Below, in pieces: positions 63,901-64,000 of a stretch of 64,000 bases of DNA (positions are counted from its first letter, which is position 1; every line of letters begins with the position of its first letter). Location: contig NC_081333.1 in NCBI RefSeq assembly GCF_022539665.2, forward strand, positions 8,060,001-8,124,000, read 5' to 3'. Origin of the DNA: Daphnia carinata (Eukaryota). Both the position numbers and the translations under genes were made by a program. Under the pieces are notes generated by a model that made no database searches, was not told the DNA's origin, and saw nothing but the letters and a program-made list of their open reading frames with translations.

Positions 63901-64000
63901 TTCCAGTCGCGCTCGTAGCCCTTGATGTAAGGTTCCATAAACTTGCAGTCTTCCGGCAGTTCGGGTTGTTTGAAATACGGTTCCATCCGGCTGCCGGCAG
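63901..64000 (-). CDS. Coding exon (AGSRMEPYFKQPELPEDCKFMEPYIKGYERDW), probably a distal 5' coding exon of the exp-like gene; open to the window edge
   Basis: Coding-like codon usage and a consensus donor AA|GTGAGT in phase 2, which joins the acceptor at 29951 in frame (...YERDW-N-SGPAIGQD-MVSRRR). Confidence 0.65.

Noticed and set aside
1..64000. Transposons, tRNA/rRNA genes, CRISPR arrays or prokaryotic systems
   Set aside because: No transposase or reverse-transcriptase ORF, terminal repeats, cloverleaf or spaced direct repeats seen, and the DNA is clearly eukaryotic. Short degenerate elements could be missed without a search.

Overview
Eukaryotic, intron-containing arthropod DNA. The ~60-nt introns, long poly(A)/poly(T) tracts and gene content suggest a cladoceran such as Daphnia (inference). 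All recognisable genes are on the minus strand. Bases 1-4 kb hold three compact housekeeping genes: the 5' part of a SURF6-like nucleolar protein, a complete Mpv17 (5 exons, 177 aa, first intron GC-AG) and a complete KICS2/C12orf66 (6 exons, 428 aa). Bases ~4.7-64 kb hold one large gene, an expansion/rebuf-family atypical MH2-domain protein (chitin deposition). Its core 7-exon model is 446 aa (5801-29926), with a 19-kb intron, and a further in-frame upstream coding exon lies 34 kb away at the window edge. The most interesting signals are in that locus: candidate alternative first coding exons, candidate alternative C-terminal exons, a leaky UGA-C stop followed by a stem-loop, and an apparent excess of FTZ-F1-type sites in the introns. 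I see no transposon, RNA gene or CRISPR array, and no firm evidence of a wholly new system. Nearly all ORF-track entries from 11-63 kb are low-complexity artefacts. Exon models were built by hand and homologies are recognised from memory, not from a search.
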